The position numbers and the translations under genes are program-made. The notes beneath the pieces were generated by a model. The model did not search any database. It was not told the origin of the DNA and was given only the letters and a program-made list of their open reading frames with translations. From Rikenellaceae bacterium DTU049 (GTDB taxonomy: Bacteria > Bacteroidota > Bacteroidia > Bacteroidales > DTU049): a stretch of DNA of 64,000 nucleotides. This document shows positions 38,512 through 48,821 of the stretch, one piece after another. The DNA is taken from NCBI GenBank assembly GCA_001513285.1, contig LFTI01000101.1:1309-65308 (forward strand), read 5' to 3'. Every line of letters begins with the position of its first letter. The stretch's first letter is position 1.

Positions 38512-38796
38512 TTGACAGGAAAATACTTCGCAATCGGCAACAAAAAACAAGTAAAGCGTTGTCTATATAGTGTCAAGATAGTTGAGAGCAAAATAAATGA
38601 TTTCAAGACGTGGTTGAGTAGATTTCACGGAGTAGCTACGAAGTACTTGCAAAGCTACTTAATGTGGTTTGTGATAGTGAATAAGTACTTAAAAGAATTG
38701 ATAGATCCAGACATTGGGAGACTGCTAAACTTGTCCTCGCACGACAGATGGGCGTGGGACAAGTATAGAGAGATAGTTAGTCAAAGATATTATTAA
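38512..38796 (+). pseudogene. 5'-truncated IS1595-like transposase remnant (C-terminal about 90 aa only)
   Basis: 'FHGVATKYLQSYLMWFVIVNKYL...GRLLNLSSHDRWAWDKY' aligns with the C-terminus of 48822..49829 ('FRGVATKYLTNYIMWFVVRGKYL...GRLLNLAASDRRAWERY'). Confidence 0.75.
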
Positions 38797-38825
38797 CATA
38801 CTGTAAAGTATATCAAAAATTTGTT

Positions 38826-38925
38826 ATTTCACCCCCTCACCCTATATCTCCCCTTCTCCTTTTATTTCTCCTCTCTTCTTTCCATTTAATATCTCTGGTT
38901 TTATTTAATTTTTACATTTTTATAC
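38826..38925 (+). repeat. C/T-rich module plus 'tttttacatttttatac' segment (same-orientation homolog of 49905..49982)
   Basis: 'caccccctcaccctatatctccccttctcctttt...ttatttaatttttacatttttatac' versus 'cccattcccctaccccacttctccttattc...cttattaacattttttacatatttttatac'. Confidence 0.65.
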
Positions 38926-39016
38926 TAATTTTTCAAACAATTGAGTTTATTCTCAAAAAAATATTAAATGTTCGATTTTAGATTAATTTTTGAATTTTCA
39001 TTTTGATTTTTCATTG

Positions 39017-39024
39017 TATTTTTG
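39017..39024 (+). promoter_or_regulatory. Bacteroidota-type -7 promoter box (TAnnTTTG) for guaB
   Basis: 'tatttttg' lies 16 nt upstream of the ATG at 39041, inside the longer TTG-started ORF of the track. Confidence 0.45.
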
Positions 39025-39040
39025 CATAAATTTATTAGTT

Positions 39041-40504
39041 ATGAATGAAAATAAAATATTAGATGAAGGGATAACTTTTGATGATGTTTTGCTAGTGCCT
39101 GCATATAGTGAGGTTTTACCTCGAGAGGTCGATACTAGCACTTATTTGACAAGAGATATAAAGTTAAATATTCCTTTACTGTCAGCTGCAATGGATACTG
39201 TTACCGAAGCTAAAATGGCTATTGCTATGGCTCAGGAGGGTGGCATTGGTGTTATACACAAAAATTTATCTATTGAGGATCAAGCTCTCGAAGTGAAAAA
39301 GGTAAAACGTGCTGAAAACGGCATGATTATAGATCCTATAACTATTTTTGCCAATAATACTGTAGGTGATGCATTGAAAATAATGTCTGAAAATCACATA
39401 GGTGGCATTCCTGTCGTTGATGCTAATCGTAAATTAATTGGTATAGTAACTAATAGAGATTTACGCTTCGAAAACAACTATTCTAAACCTATCTTTGAAG
39501 TTATGACTAAAGACAATTTAATTACTGTTAATGAATTTACTGATTTTAATACTGCTGAGGCAATTTTGCAAAAATATAAAATCGAAAAATTGCCTGTTAT
39601 AGATAAAAATGGAGTTTTAATAGGCTTGATCACTTATAAGGATATTATGAAACTACGCGAGAGACCTAATTCTTGTAAAGATGATTTAGGTAGATTACGT
39701 GTAGCTGCTGCTGTAGGGATAACTACTAATACTTTAGAAAGAGTGGAAGCCTTGTTATCTGTTAATGCTGATGCTATCGTAGTAGATACTGCTCATGGAC
39801 AATCGGCTAAGGTCTTGGAAACTATTAAAAAAATCAAATCTACTTTTAAAAATATTCAATTAATAGCTGGTAATATAGCTACTGCTGATGGCGCACAAGC
39901 ATTAGCAGATGCTGGTGCTGATGGTGTGAAAGTAGGTATTGGACCAGGTTCTATTTGTACTACTAGGGTAATCGCAGGTGTAGGTGTCCCTCAATTATCA
40001 GCTATTATGTTTGTAGCTTCAGTTTTGAAAGATAAAGGAATTCCTATTATTGCTGATGGTGGCATTAGATATACTGGTGATATAGTTAAAGCTTTAGCCG
40101 CAGGTGCCAGCAGTGTGATGATAGGTAGTCTCTTTGCTGGTGTAGATGAGGCACCAGGTGAAACTATTATTTTAGAAGGTCGTAAATATAAAGTTTATAG
40201 AGGTATGGGAAGTATAGAAGCTATGCAGCAAGGCTCCAAAGATAGATACTTTCAAGATATGGAAGAAGATATTAAAAAACTGGTCCCAGAAGGTATCGTT
40301 GGTAGAGTCCCATATAAAGGCAATCTATCAGAAGTTGTCTACCAAATGATTGGTGGACTGAGATCAGGCATGGGCTACTGCGGCGCCAAAACTATTAAAA
40401 ATCTTAGACAAGCTAAATTTATTCATATCTCTAATGCTGGCATTACCGAGTCACACCCTCATGACGTTACTATCATCAGAGAAGCCCCTAATTATTCTAG
40501 GTAA
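39041..40504 (+). CDS. guaB: IMP dehydrogenase
   Basis: '[16 protein letters not shown]', tandem CBS domains and the catalytic loop '[11 protein letters not shown]'. The ATG at 39041 is preferred over the TTG at 38990. Confidence 0.95.
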   Translation: MNENKILDEGITFDDVLLVPAYSEVLPREVDTSTYLTRDIKLNIPLLSAAMDTVTEAKMAIAMAQEGGIGVIHKNLSIEDQALEVKKVKRAENGMIIDPITIFANNTVGDALKIMSENHIGGIPVVDANRKLIGIVTNRDLRFENNYSKPIFEVMTKDNLITVNEFTDFNTAEAILQKYKIEKLPVIDKNGVLIGLITYKDIMKLRERPNSCKDDLGRLRVAAAVGITTNTLERVEALLSVNADAIVVDTAHGQSAKVLETIKKIKSTFKNIQLIAGNIATADGAQALADAGADGVKVGIGPGSICTTRVIAGVGVPQLSAIMFVASVLKDKGIPIIADGGIRYTGDIVKALAAGASSVMIGSLFAGVDEAPGETIILEGRKYKVYRGMGSIEAMQQGSKDRYFQDMEEDIKKLVPEGIVGRVPYKGNLSEVVYQMIGGLRSGMGYCGAKTIKNLRQAKFIHISNAGITESHPHDVTIIREAPNYSR

Positions 40505-40522
40505 TTAAAAAATTATTATATT

Positions 40523-42511
40523 ATGAAAAAATATTTAAGTATTGCAATTTTATCAGTTTTATTGTCCTTAACATTATTTGGACAAAATGATAAAACATTA
40601 TTAGTGATCGAAAATCAAAATGTTCCCGTTTCAGAATTTTTAGATATTTATACTAAAAATAACAAAAATGTAGACTACTCTAAAGCTAGTATCGATGAAT
40701 ATCTGGATTTGTTTATTAATTACAAACTCAAATTAATGGAAATTCAACGTTTAAGATTAGATACGCAAAAAAATTTCATCAATGAATTTCAAAAATACAG
40801 AGACCAGTTAGCTCAATCTTATTTAATTGATAAAAATACTGTAGATAAACTTTTAAATGAAGCTTATACTAGAATGCAAAATGATGTGAGAGTAAGTCAT
40901 ATTTTGGTTAAACTCTCTCCCTATGCTAATCCTAAAGATACTCTAAAAGCTTATAATAAAGCTTTAGAAATAAGAAAAAAATTACTCAATGGTACTGATT
41001 TTGCTAAATTAGCTATTGAAATGAGTGATGATAATAGTGCTAGAGATCAAAATACACCTGATGGTAGATTGATATCTGGTAATGGCGGTGATTTAGGATA
41101 TTTTAATGTTTTTAACATGTTGTATGAATTTGAAACTGCTGCTTACAATTTAAATGTAGGTGAAATATCTCTCCCAGTAAGAACTCCAGTAGGTTATCAT
41201 ATTATCAAATTGACTGAAAAGCATCCAGCTATATATAGATTTAAAATTGCTCATATTCTATTAATGTATCCTCCTAATGCAACTGCTCAAGATAAAGAAT
41301 CTATTAAAGCTAAATCTGATAGCATTTATAAAGAAATTTTGAATGGTGCAGACTTTGCTGAGTTAGCAAATCTACATAGTGATGATAAAGGTTCTGCTAA
41401 TAAAGGTGGTGAATTGCCTTGGCTCACTCCTTTTAGGTTAGTACCTTCTTTTGTACAACCTATTTACAATCATAAACCTGGTGATTATATTCCTCCTGTA
41501 GAAACTTTCTATGGCTTGCATATTATTAAATTGATAGATAAGCAATCTCCACCTGAATTTGCTGCTGTGAAACAAGAATTATTAACAAAATTATATAAAG
41601 ACCCTCGATATCTATTAGCTCAGAAAAAAATAGCTGATAGCCTAAAACAGGTTTATAAAATTCAATATGATAAAAAATTGCTCGTAAATATTGCTAAATC
41701 TATTAATAAAGATTCTCTTTTAAAACGCTCTTTTAATGAATCTCAAATCCCCAATTTAGACAATATTTTAGTTAAAATCGATGATAATTCTATTTATATT
41801 AAAGATTTCGCTAATTATATCAAGAAAAATCAAAGCTTATTTACCAATACTGATGATATTCAAATATTTGTTAATAAAATGTTTGATAATTTCCTAAATG
41901 ATAAAATATTAGAAATAGAAAAAGAAAATTTAGAAAATAAGAATCCTAAATTTGCTGCACAAATTAATGATTATAAAGAAGGAATTTTAATTTTTAATCT
42001 AATGGATCAAAATATATGGAGTAAAGCTATGAAGGATACTGCTGGCTTAAAAGCATATTATGAAACTATAAAAAATAAATATTTAACTGATGAAAAAGCT
42101 AAAATCGGCATTTTCAAAACTAATGATGCTAAAATTTCTCAAAAAGTTCAAAAAAATTTACAAAAAAATATTAAAAATTCTCAATATAATCCAAACTTAA
42201 TTTTATCTAAAATTAACAAAAAAAATAATGTAGTAAGTTATGATTCTATGGTCATAGAAACTGAAAAATTAGCTGATATTGGTTTAGAAAAAAATGTAAA
42301 TGCAATATTCTCAAAAGGAAATAATAATTCTTACGAAATATATTGGTTACAAGATATCATTGCACCACAACCTAAAAGCTTAGATGAAGTAAGAGGCTTA
42401 GTAATATCTGAATATCAGACGTATTTAGAAAAACAATGGATAAATGAACTGAGAAATAGATACCATTGGCAAGTGAATGAGGAAGTTCTAAAATCTTTAT
42501 ATAAAAATTAA
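40523..42511 (+). CDS. periplasmic peptidylprolyl isomerase (parvulin/PpiC domains, SurA/PpiD-like)
   Basis: 662 aa with a signal peptide and two parvulin domains ('VSHILV...GGDLGYF', 'IAHILL...GGELPW'). Confidence 0.8.
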   Translation: MKKYLSIAILSVLLSLTLFGQNDKTLLVIENQNVPVSEFLDIYTKNNKNVDYSKASIDEYLDLFINYKLKLMEIQRLRLDTQKNFINEFQKYRDQLAQSYLIDKNTVDKLLNEAYTRMQNDVRVSHILVKLSPYANPKDTLKAYNKALEIRKKLLNGTDFAKLAIEMSDDNSARDQNTPDGRLISGNGGDLGYFNVFNMLYEFETAAYNLNVGEISLPVRTPVGYHIIKLTEKHPAIYRFKIAHILLMYPPNATAQDKESIKAKSDSIYKEILNGADFAELANLHSDDKGSANKGGELPWLTPFRLVPSFVQPIYNHKPGDYIPPVETFYGLHIIKLIDKQSPPEFAAVKQELLTKLYKDPRYLLAQKKIADSLKQVYKIQYDKKLLVNIAKSINKDSLLKRSFNESQIPNLDNILVKIDDNSIYIKDFANYIKKNQSLFTNTDDIQIFVNKMFDNFLNDKILEIEKENLENKNPKFAAQINDYKEGILIFNLMDQNIWSKAMKDTAGLKAYYETIKNKYLTDEKAKIGIFKTNDAKISQKVQKNLQKNIKNSQYNPNLILSKINKKNNVVSYDSMVIETEKLADIGLEKNVNAIFSKGNNNSYEIYWLQDIIAPQPKSLDEVRGLVISEYQTYLEKQWINELRNRYHWQVNEEVLKSLYKN

Positions 42512-42513
42512 TA

Positions 42514-43878
42514 ATGAGAAAAATATTTTTACTTACATTTTTTATATTTTTCTTTTCATCTATTCTGCTTTGTCAGAGTACACCACCTCAAATCATAGAT
42601 AAGATTATAGCTATTGTAGGCAATAAGATTATATTAAAAAGTGAGGTAGATATGCAAATACAACAATTATTGATATCTGGTACTCTAGATAATACTATAA
42701 AAACTGACGAAATACAATGCGAAATATTAGAAGATATGCTTTTGCAGAAACTTCTTCTGATGCAAGCAGAGATAGATTCTGTGGAAGTCTCTGATGACCA
42801 AATAAATAATGAGTTAGATAGAAGGATTAGATATTTCACCTCGATGTTTGGAAATGTTCAAGAATTAGAAAAATATTATAAAAAAAGTATTCTAGAACTC
42901 AAAGAAGAACTTCGTGAACCACTAAAAGATCAATTACTAATAACTACTATGCACGATAAACTCTTATCTAATGTTACAGTGACGCCTAGTGAAGTGGAAA
43001 AATATTATAAAAAAATGCCATCAGATTCTATACCTATCATCCCCGCACAATGGGAAATAGGTGTCATAGCTATAACACCTTCTCTTACTCAAGAAGAAAA
43101 CATTATGTTAATTTCAAAATTACAAGATATAAAAAAAAGAATTACTAATGTATCTGATTTCGAGGTGATGGCTAGGCTATATAGCGAAGATCCTGCTACA
43201 GCCAAAAATGGTGGCGAGACAGGCTATTTTACTAAAGGAGTTATGGAGCCTACATTTGAAAATGCTGCTTTTTCTCTAACAAAACCAGGTGAAGTGTCTC
43301 CAATTATCGAAACTTCATATGGTTACCATATTCTGCAATTAATTGATAGAAAAGGTGAGCAAGTAAATGTGAGACATATATTAGTGCGCAAACAACCATC
43401 AAATAATGCTATTCAGATAGCTAAACAAAAAGCAGACAGTATTTATAATTTATTAATTAAAAATGAAATAAATTTTGCTGATGCATCAAAAAAATTCTCT
43501 AAGCTCGAAGGAGATTTAACACAAGGCGGAATGATTTTATCAGCTAATGGAGGCTTTACCCTAACAAGTAATGATATCGACCCCAAATATTTACCTATAT
43601 TAGATACAATGAAAAATTCAAAATTTTCAAAACCTTTTCTATATATGGAAAACGATGGCACGCCTACATACAGAATATTATGGTTGAAAAATTATGTACC
43701 ACCTCACAAAGCTTCTCTGAAAACAGATTATTACTTGATACAACTAAAAGCACTAGAAGAGAAAAAAAATCAAGCTTTAGCTAAATGGGCAAATGAGAGA
43801 TTGCAAGAAGTTTATGTGAAAATAGATGAAGATTATCAAGGCTGCGATTTTAAATATCCATGGATAAAAAAACATTAA
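42514..43878 (+). CDS. SurA-like periplasmic chaperone / peptidylprolyl isomerase
   Basis: 454 aa with a signal peptide, a SurA N-terminal-like domain ('IIAIVGNKIILKSEVD') and a parvulin domain ('GGETGYF...GYHILQL'). Confidence 0.8.
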   Translation: MRKIFLLTFFIFFFSSILLCQSTPPQIIDKIIAIVGNKIILKSEVDMQIQQLLISGTLDNTIKTDEIQCEILEDMLLQKLLLMQAEIDSVEVSDDQINNELDRRIRYFTSMFGNVQELEKYYKKSILELKEELREPLKDQLLITTMHDKLLSNVTVTPSEVEKYYKKMPSDSIPIIPAQWEIGVIAITPSLTQEENIMLISKLQDIKKRITNVSDFEVMARLYSEDPATAKNGGETGYFTKGVMEPTFENAAFSLTKPGEVSPIIETSYGYHILQLIDRKGEQVNVRHILVRKQPSNNAIQIAKQKADSIYNLLIKNEINFADASKKFSKLEGDLTQGGMILSANGGFTLTSNDIDPKYLPILDTMKNSKFSKPFLYMENDGTPTYRILWLKNYVPPHKASLKTDYYLIQLKALEEKKNQALAKWANERLQEVYVKIDEDYQGCDFKYPWIKKH

Positions 43879-43881
43879 CTT

Positions 43882-44874
43882 ATGAAATTTAATAGTGATA
43901 CTGAAGCTGCTAAAAGTTTAGTAGAATTTTACGAGAATTTAAAACATGAAACTGCCAAAGTGATTGTAGGCCAAGAAGATGTGATAGATAAACTTTTGAT
44001 TTCCCTATTCACACAAAACCATGCTTTATTAATAGGTGTACCTGGACTAGCCAAAACACTTTTGATAACGACAATTTCACAAATTTTAGGATTATCTTTT
44101 AATAGGATACAATTTACACCAGATTTGATGCCTTCAGACATTCTAGGTACAGAAATCCTTGATGAGCATAAAAATTTTCATTTTATTAAAGGACCAATTT
44201 TTGCAAATATTATTTTAGCAGATGAAATCAATAGAACACCACCTAAAACACAATCTGCACTTTTAGAAGCTATGCAAGAGAGATCAGTATCTATTGCTGG
44301 TAATACTTTCGAATTAGATCGTCCTTTTTTTGTATTAGCTACTCAGAATCCTATTGAACAAGAAGGTACATATCCTTTGCCAGAAGCTCAACTAGATAGA
44401 TTCATGTTTTCTATTTGGCTAGATTATCCAACTATTAATGAGGAGATAGAAATTGTGAAAAGGACAACTTTCGTGGATATGCCTACTGTGAATAATATTA
44501 TTGATAAAGAAACTCTGCTAGAATATCAAAAATTAGTAAGAAAAATTAATGTCCCAGATCATGTTTATGAATTTGCAGTGCAGATAACAGCAAAAACTCG
44601 TCCTGTATATTCAGATTCTCATCCAATGGCAAAAGAATATGTTGCTTGGGGCGGTGGTCCTAGATCTAGTCAATTTATGATTTTAGGTGCTAAATGTCAT
44701 GCATTACTTAGTGGTAAATTTGCACCAGATAATGAAGATGTGAAAGCTGTGGCTGATAGTGTTTTTAGACATAGATTAGTCCTTAACTATAGAGCAGAAG
44801 CAGAGGGAATAAATACTATTGATATTATACACGAAATCATTAAAGATATAGAAAAAAATAATTTTAAAAAATAA
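43882..44874 (+). CDS. MoxR-family AAA+ ATPase
   Basis: 330 aa. Walker A 'GVPGLAKT', Walker B 'ILADEINR' and 'ATQNPIEQEGTYPLPEAQLDRF'. Confidence 0.9.
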   Translation: MKFNSDTEAAKSLVEFYENLKHETAKVIVGQEDVIDKLLISLFTQNHALLIGVPGLAKTLLITTISQILGLSFNRIQFTPDLMPSDILGTEILDEHKNFHFIKGPIFANIILADEINRTPPKTQSALLEAMQERSVSIAGNTFELDRPFFVLATQNPIEQEGTYPLPEAQLDRFMFSIWLDYPTINEEIEIVKRTTFVDMPTVNNIIDKETLLEYQKLVRKINVPDHVYEFAVQITAKTRPVYSDSHPMAKEYVAWGGGPRSSQFMILGAKCHALLSGKFAPDNEDVKAVADSVFRHRLVLNYRAEAEGINTIDIIHEIIKDIEKNNFKK

Positions 44875-44917
44875 TTGAGATAAGCATTTATTCTCGAATA
44901 GATTTAATCCTGTAGGT

Positions 44918-44946
44918 GGGTAATAATTTGCAATAAAACAAGCAAT
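44918..44946 (+). repeat. intergenic repeat family A, copy 4 (5' module only)
   Basis: 'gggtaataatttgcaataaaacaagcaat' versus 'gggaaatgatttgcaataaaacaagcaag' at 9958. Confidence 0.7.
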
Positions 44947-44950
44947 ACAC

Positions 44951-45595
44951 TTAATTTATTTTTACAAAAGGATTGTTAGACTTCTCATGTCCGATGCTAG
45001 TAGGATTACCATGCCCAGGATATACTTTCACCTCATCAGGTAATTTATAAAGTTTATTTTTAATACTATTTACTAATGCATCCCAATCTCCTGTTATGAA
45101 ATCTGTTCTGCCTACACTTTCATAAAATAATACATCACCTGTAAATATTATTTTTTCATCAGAAAAATAATAACATAAAGACCCATCAGCATGTCCTGGC
45201 GTTTCATAAACTAAAATATCAAAATCTCCGATTTTAATATTTCCTTCATTGATAAATTTTATTTTATCTTTAGCAAGTATCTCTACTTGTTCCATACCAA
45301 ATTGATCTGCTACATCCACTATGCTCTCATAGAGCTGATATCCAGCCTCAGACATCAGAATTTCAATATTGTATTTTTGATACAAATTACTTATACCTAT
45401 CGCATGATCTATATGAGGATGCGTGATTAAACAAGCTTTTACATTCAAATGCTCTATAGTTAAATAATTTTGCAATGTTTCCCACTCTTCATCAGAATAA
45501 TATCCTGCATCTATCAATAAAGCATCATTGTTTTCATTACTAATGATATAATTATTTACCGTGAAAGGATTGCAAACAAATAATTTTAGTTTCAT
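44951..45595 (-). CDS. MBL-fold metallo-hydrolase (glyoxalase II-like)
   Basis: 214 aa. 'THPHIDHAIG' (HxHxDH) and 'TPGHADGS'. Confidence 0.85.
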   Translation of the reverse strand: MKLKLFVCNPFTVNNYIISNENNDALLIDAGYYSDEEWETLQNYLTIEHLNVKACLITHPHIDHAIGISNLYQKYNIEILMSEAGYQLYESIVDVADQFGMEQVEILAKDKIKFINEGNIKIGDFDILVYETPGHADGSLCYYFSDEKIIFTGDVLFYESVGRTDFITGDWDALVNSIKNKLYKLPDEVKVYPGHGNPTSIGHEKSNNPFVKIN

Positions 45596-45628
45596 ATTTT
45601 GAAAATTTATAATTTGATTACTTATTAA

Positions 45629-46753
45629 TTAAAATTCGACATACTTGAGTTCACCATCTTTATTAGAAAATACTACTTTTTTAACATTTTTGGGTAAATA
45701 ATAAATATATCCTTTTTGCAATATTTTTAGAGTATCTTCATAAATTATATTTTTACCCGAAGCATTTGTAATAGTTATTTGACAGGGCATAGCTTTGCGA
45801 GCAGGCAAAGTACGTTGAGAAATTTTATAATTTTCAATTTTAGGATTTTTATTTAATGGAGTAATTTTTAAATAATAATTATTATCAACTTTATCAGATA
45901 TCTCAGAAGAAAAACCTGTAAATGAATCAAAAGAGAACAAAAAAATGTTTTCTTCATCATTTTTATTAGGTAAAACATTTATCGAATAATGATAATTAGT
46001 TTTTGACACATTTCCAATAAAATATGATAGATAAAATTTATATAAATTTTTAATTTCATTAATCATTTTATTAAATGTAGCATCATCATAAGCTATCTCT
46101 GGTATACCACCTATTAAATCATAATAATATCCTTTTAATAAATAAATATCATCGGCAAGATCTTTAGCTATGTCATAATCAGATTTGGGAACCAATTTAG
46201 TTTCATATAAAGTTTTAATACGTTTAATAGAATCAATAGTAATTAATTGATTTATAGTATCAGTTTTTTCTATATATTGATCAGTTATAAAAAACTTAAA
46301 TAAATCGGATGATGTATCATCTATATTAGTATTTAGTATTGTTTTATTAATAATTTCTTTTTCATAACATGAATTATCATCATTAATATTCAGTAAACCA
46401 TTATCCAAAAAATGAAATTTAATATTGTTTCTACTTGCAGCATTAGAAAATTTCATGAAAAAAGTAGCACTAGTATCTGGTACTAACTCATTGGATATAT
46501 CAAGATTATTGATAAAAAAACGCGATGATTTATGAGAAATAATAGGTATATTGCCAAAAAATTCATTTGTAAATTCAGAATATATTCCAGGGATAGAATC
46601 TACCTTGTAAACATCAATATTTATCGTTAACGAATTTTGAGGTAAATTAATTTCTACAAAATTATAATCTTCAAAATCATCAACGTTTTGATAAATTTTA
46701 TATGATGAACAAGCAGTGAGAAAAATAAATATGCAAAGTGGAAGTATTTTCAT
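45629..46753 (-). CDS. hypothetical lipoprotein
   Basis: 374 aa. Lipobox 'FLTAC'. No family assigned with confidence. Confidence 0.55.
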   Translation of the reverse strand: MKILPLCIFIFLTACSSYKIYQNVDDFEDYNFVEINLPQNSLTINIDVYKVDSIPGIYSEFTNEFFGNIPIISHKSSRFFINNLDISNELVPDTSATFFMKFSNAASRNNIKFHFLDNGLLNINDDNSCYEKEIINKTILNTNIDDTSSDLFKFFITDQYIEKTDTINQLITIDSIKRIKTLYETKLVPKSDYDIAKDLADDIYLLKGYYYDLIGGIPEIAYDDATFNKMINEIKNLYKFYLSYFIGNVSKTNYHYSINVLPNKNDEENIFLFSFDSFTGFSSEISDKVDNNYYLKITPLNKNPKIENYKISQRTLPARKAMPCQITITNASGKNIIYEDTLKILQKGYIYYLPKNVKKVVFSNKDGELKYVEF

Positions 46754-46930
46754 AAAAAATATTTATTTACAAAAATACAAAAATATTAATTTACTTTATA
46801 TATTAAATTACATAAATTGTCAATAAAAATATTTAATAAAACATAATATTATCGCAATTATTATAAATGTTAAATTAATAGAAACAAAATTTGAATAACA
46901 ATGAATAGTTTAATATAAAATTATTTTTAT

Positions 46931-46938
46931 TATTTTTG
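46931..46938 (+). promoter_or_regulatory. Bacteroidota-type -7 promoter box (TAnnTTTG)
   Basis: 'tatttttg' lies 17 nt upstream of the ATG at 46956. Confidence 0.4.
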
Positions 46939-46955
46939 AACTTGAAAAATCAACT

Positions 46956-48746
46956 ATGTTTAAGAATATTAAAAAACATAAATTTGACTGGGCACAATTT
47001 AAATGGGTTAGAATAGGATATAAAGCTCTAATCAAACAAGCTATAATACCTGCGATTATAATTGGAGCAATCTCTGGATTAGCAGCAGTTTTATTAAAAA
47101 ATGGAGTATATAATCTTACGGCATGGGTACATAGTTTAACTCAAACGGGGCATTTGTCCTTATTATATTTCTTTTTACCAATTATTGGTATTGTATTGAC
47201 AGTGATTTTTACTAATAAAATTATAAAAGAAAAACTAGATCACGGAGTTACCCGAGTGTTAAAAGCTGTAAGTAAAAATAAAGGAGACATTCGCCCACAC
47301 AATATATATTCTAATATAGTAGCTTGCGTAATAACAGCTTCTTTTGGAGGATCCATTGGTATGGAAGGACCAATAGTTACTACTGGTGCAGCTATTGGCT
47401 CAAATACAGCAAAATTTTTTGATTATCCCCATAAATACAAACTACTTTTTATCTGCGCAGGTATGTCATCAGCAATAGCTGCAATTTTTAAAGCACCTAT
47501 TGCTGGGTTAATATTTTCTATAGAAGTATTAGCAATAGATTTAAGTGCAGGATTTCTAATACCAGTGCTACTTAGCTGCGTTACAGGCACTATAGTAGCC
47601 ACATTTTTTCTTGGACAAAAAGCAGAATTTTATTTTGCTGTTTTTACTAATTACAACTATTCAAATACATTATTTTTTATCTTACTAGGTATCTTCGTTG
47701 GCCTACTTTCAGTATACTTTTTACGTACTTATTCTTTTATAGAGAAATCATTAGTAAAAATCAAGAAAAAAACCTTAAGAATATTAATTGGTGGAGGACT
47801 ATTAGGATTATTAATATATTTATTCCCTCCTCTCTATGGCGAAGGATATAATAATATGGAAATAATTCTTAGCGGTAATATAGAGCAATTGTTTTCTAAC
47901 TCTATTATTTATCCATATTTCAACTCTGAAATTGGTTTTTTGATTTTATTAATTATTTTATTTTTCATGAAAGTAATAGCAACAGCTTTGACAACAGGAG
48001 CAGGAGGAGTAGGTGGTGTTTTTGCTCCAGCATTATTTACTGGTGCAGTAGGCGGAACAGCATTCGCCATTTTAATGAATATTCTCTTTAATACGAGCTT
48101 AAATGTAAGTAATTTCACTCTTGTAGGTATGGCTGGTGTAATGGCAGGCGTAATACAAACACCTCTTGCTGCGATATTTTTAATAGCTGAACTCACTGGA
48201 GGATATAATCTATTTATACCTCTTATAATAACTGCTACTATTTCCTACGCAACAACTAGATTAGTAGAACCATATTCTATATACACCAAATCTCTAGCCG
48301 AAAGCGGAGAATTATTGACACATGATAAAGAAAAAAATGTTTTTACTCTTTTAGATAAAAATGATTTAATCGAAACAGAATTTGTAACATTAAATATTAA
48401 TCAAAAATTATCAGACCTCATAGAAGCTATTAAAATATGCAATAGAAATGTCTTTCCAGTTTTGAATGATGATAATAACTTAGTAGGATTAATATATTTC
48501 AAAGATATTAAAAATATCATTTTTGACAAACAAGACTACGATAAAATTAGTATTTCTGAATTGATGAAAGAACCAGAAATTGTAATTGATATAAATGAAT
48601 CTCTAGACTCTATAGTAGAAAAAGTAAGAATGCAAAATATATGGAATATTCCAGTGGTAGATCATGGTAAATATGTTGGTTTCATATCGAAGTCATCACT
48701 TTTATCAGCATATCAAGAAGTTTTTGATACATTTACATTTGAATAA
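46956..48746 (+). CDS. ClC-family chloride channel/antiporter with C-terminal CBS pair
   Basis: 596 aa. 'GGSIGMEGP' and 'GGVGGVFAP' selectivity-filter motifs, plus tandem CBS domains at the C-terminus. Confidence 0.9.
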   Translation: MFKNIKKHKFDWAQFKWVRIGYKALIKQAIIPAIIIGAISGLAAVLLKNGVYNLTAWVHSLTQTGHLSLLYFFLPIIGIVLTVIFTNKIIKEKLDHGVTRVLKAVSKNKGDIRPHNIYSNIVACVITASFGGSIGMEGPIVTTGAAIGSNTAKFFDYPHKYKLLFICAGMSSAIAAIFKAPIAGLIFSIEVLAIDLSAGFLIPVLLSCVTGTIVATFFLGQKAEFYFAVFTNYNYSNTLFFILLGIFVGLLSVYFLRTYSFIEKSLVKIKKKTLRILIGGGLLGLLIYLFPPLYGEGYNNMEIILSGNIEQLFSNSIIYPYFNSEIGFLILLIILFFMKVIATALTTGAGGVGGVFAPALFTGAVGGTAFAILMNILFNTSLNVSNFTLVGMAGVMAGVIQTPLAAIFLIAELTGGYNLFIPLIITATISYATTRLVEPYSIYTKSLAESGELLTHDKEKNVFTLLDKNDLIETEFVTLNINQKLSDLIEAIKICNRNVFPVLNDDNNLVGLIYFKDIKNIIFDKQDYDKISISELMKEPEIVIDINESLDSIVEKVRMQNIWNIPVVDHGKYVGFISKSSLLSAYQEVFDTFTFE

Positions 48747-48821
48747 AAATATAAATAAGAGAATATTAGGGTTTATAAAATTTTTTCAAAATTTTATAAA
48801 TAAGGAATTGAAATAAAATAT

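Noticed and set aside
38990-39040. Longer N-terminal extensions from TTG/GTG starts in the ORF track (guaB 38990, 22551, 26700, 49871, 56317, 57380, 59757, 62819).
   Set aside because: In each case a TAnnTTTG -7 box or the upstream gene lies inside the extension. An ATG further in gives the conserved family N-terminus.
43882-44874. MoxR ATPase as the start of a Bat/aerotolerance-type or defence operon.
   Set aside because: No DUF58, VWA or Bat genes follow. The next feature is a repeat fragment and a convergent MBL hydrolase, so no system can be supported from this window.
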